DNA of 36,410 nt, taken from Candidatus Sericytochromatia bacterium. GTDB taxonomy: Bacteria > Cyanobacteriota > Sericytochromatia > S15B-MN24 > JAQBPE01. Position 1 is the first letter of the stretch. Each line of letters starts with the position of its first letter. The notes beneath the pieces are model-generated. The model was not told the origin of the DNA. It was given only the letters and a program-made list of their open reading frames with translations, and ran no database searches. Position numbers and translations under genes: made by a program. Of the stretch, positions 36,271 through 36,410 are shown piece by piece. The stretch is from contig JBBAPZ010000027.1 in assembly GCA_040400605.1 (NCBI GenBank), forward strand, positions 1-36,410, read 5' to 3'.

Positions 36271-36355
36271 TTCACAACGGGCACGTTGCGGTGGTTGTGG
36301 TCGCAACGCCGCAACGTGTTTGTTTTTCAAATTGGAGGTTAAAAGCATGGGCAAG

Positions 36356-36410
36356 CTACGCAACTACATGGTTGACCAGTTCGACGAGCCGTTAGAGGTT
36401 GGGCGGTGCT
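36356..36410 (+). repeat. Terminal overlap identical to 1..55
   Basis: Exact match. Confidence 0.97.

Larger units (their letters stand above)
1..36410. mobile_element. Complete circular temperate phage genome (siphovirus-like, probable Planctomycetota host)
   Basis: Terminal 55-nt overlap; integrase, attP, replication, head, tail and terminase genes; no tail sheath recognised; no host housekeeping genes. Confidence 0.92.

Overview
This window looks like a complete circular temperate siphovirus-type phage genome of about 36,355 bp; the first and last 55 nt are identical, as expected from an assembly overlap. A Planctomycetota host is inferred from protein motif style only. Recognisable modules: tyrosine integrase and excisionase, an attP with a tRNA 3'-end core, an HTH replication initiator with internal iterons, DUF1064, HNH, a DNA methyltransferase broken by one in-frame TAA, lambda-family portal, a prohead protease-capsid fusion, collagen and LamG fibres, tail tube, a tail chaperone with a -1 frameshift, GpA-type terminase, tape measure and tail tip genes. 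Most notable observations: (1) a candidate lysis cassette built on a papain-like cysteine protease with no recognisable peptidoglycan hydrolase; (2) a divergent Tad1-like sponge homologue in that cassette; (3) genome-wide strand polarisation of asymmetric words (GCAGC, CCGAGG) with palindrome excess, suggesting restriction evasion; (4) a tRNA-like element followed by a structured RNA; (5) terminase genes inside the tail module, with a cos-like GATC-rich site 8 kb away; (6) a promoter-bearing gene cassette flanked by 39-bp palindromic direct repeats. All family calls are by-eye motif recognition and all counts are manual; no searches were run.
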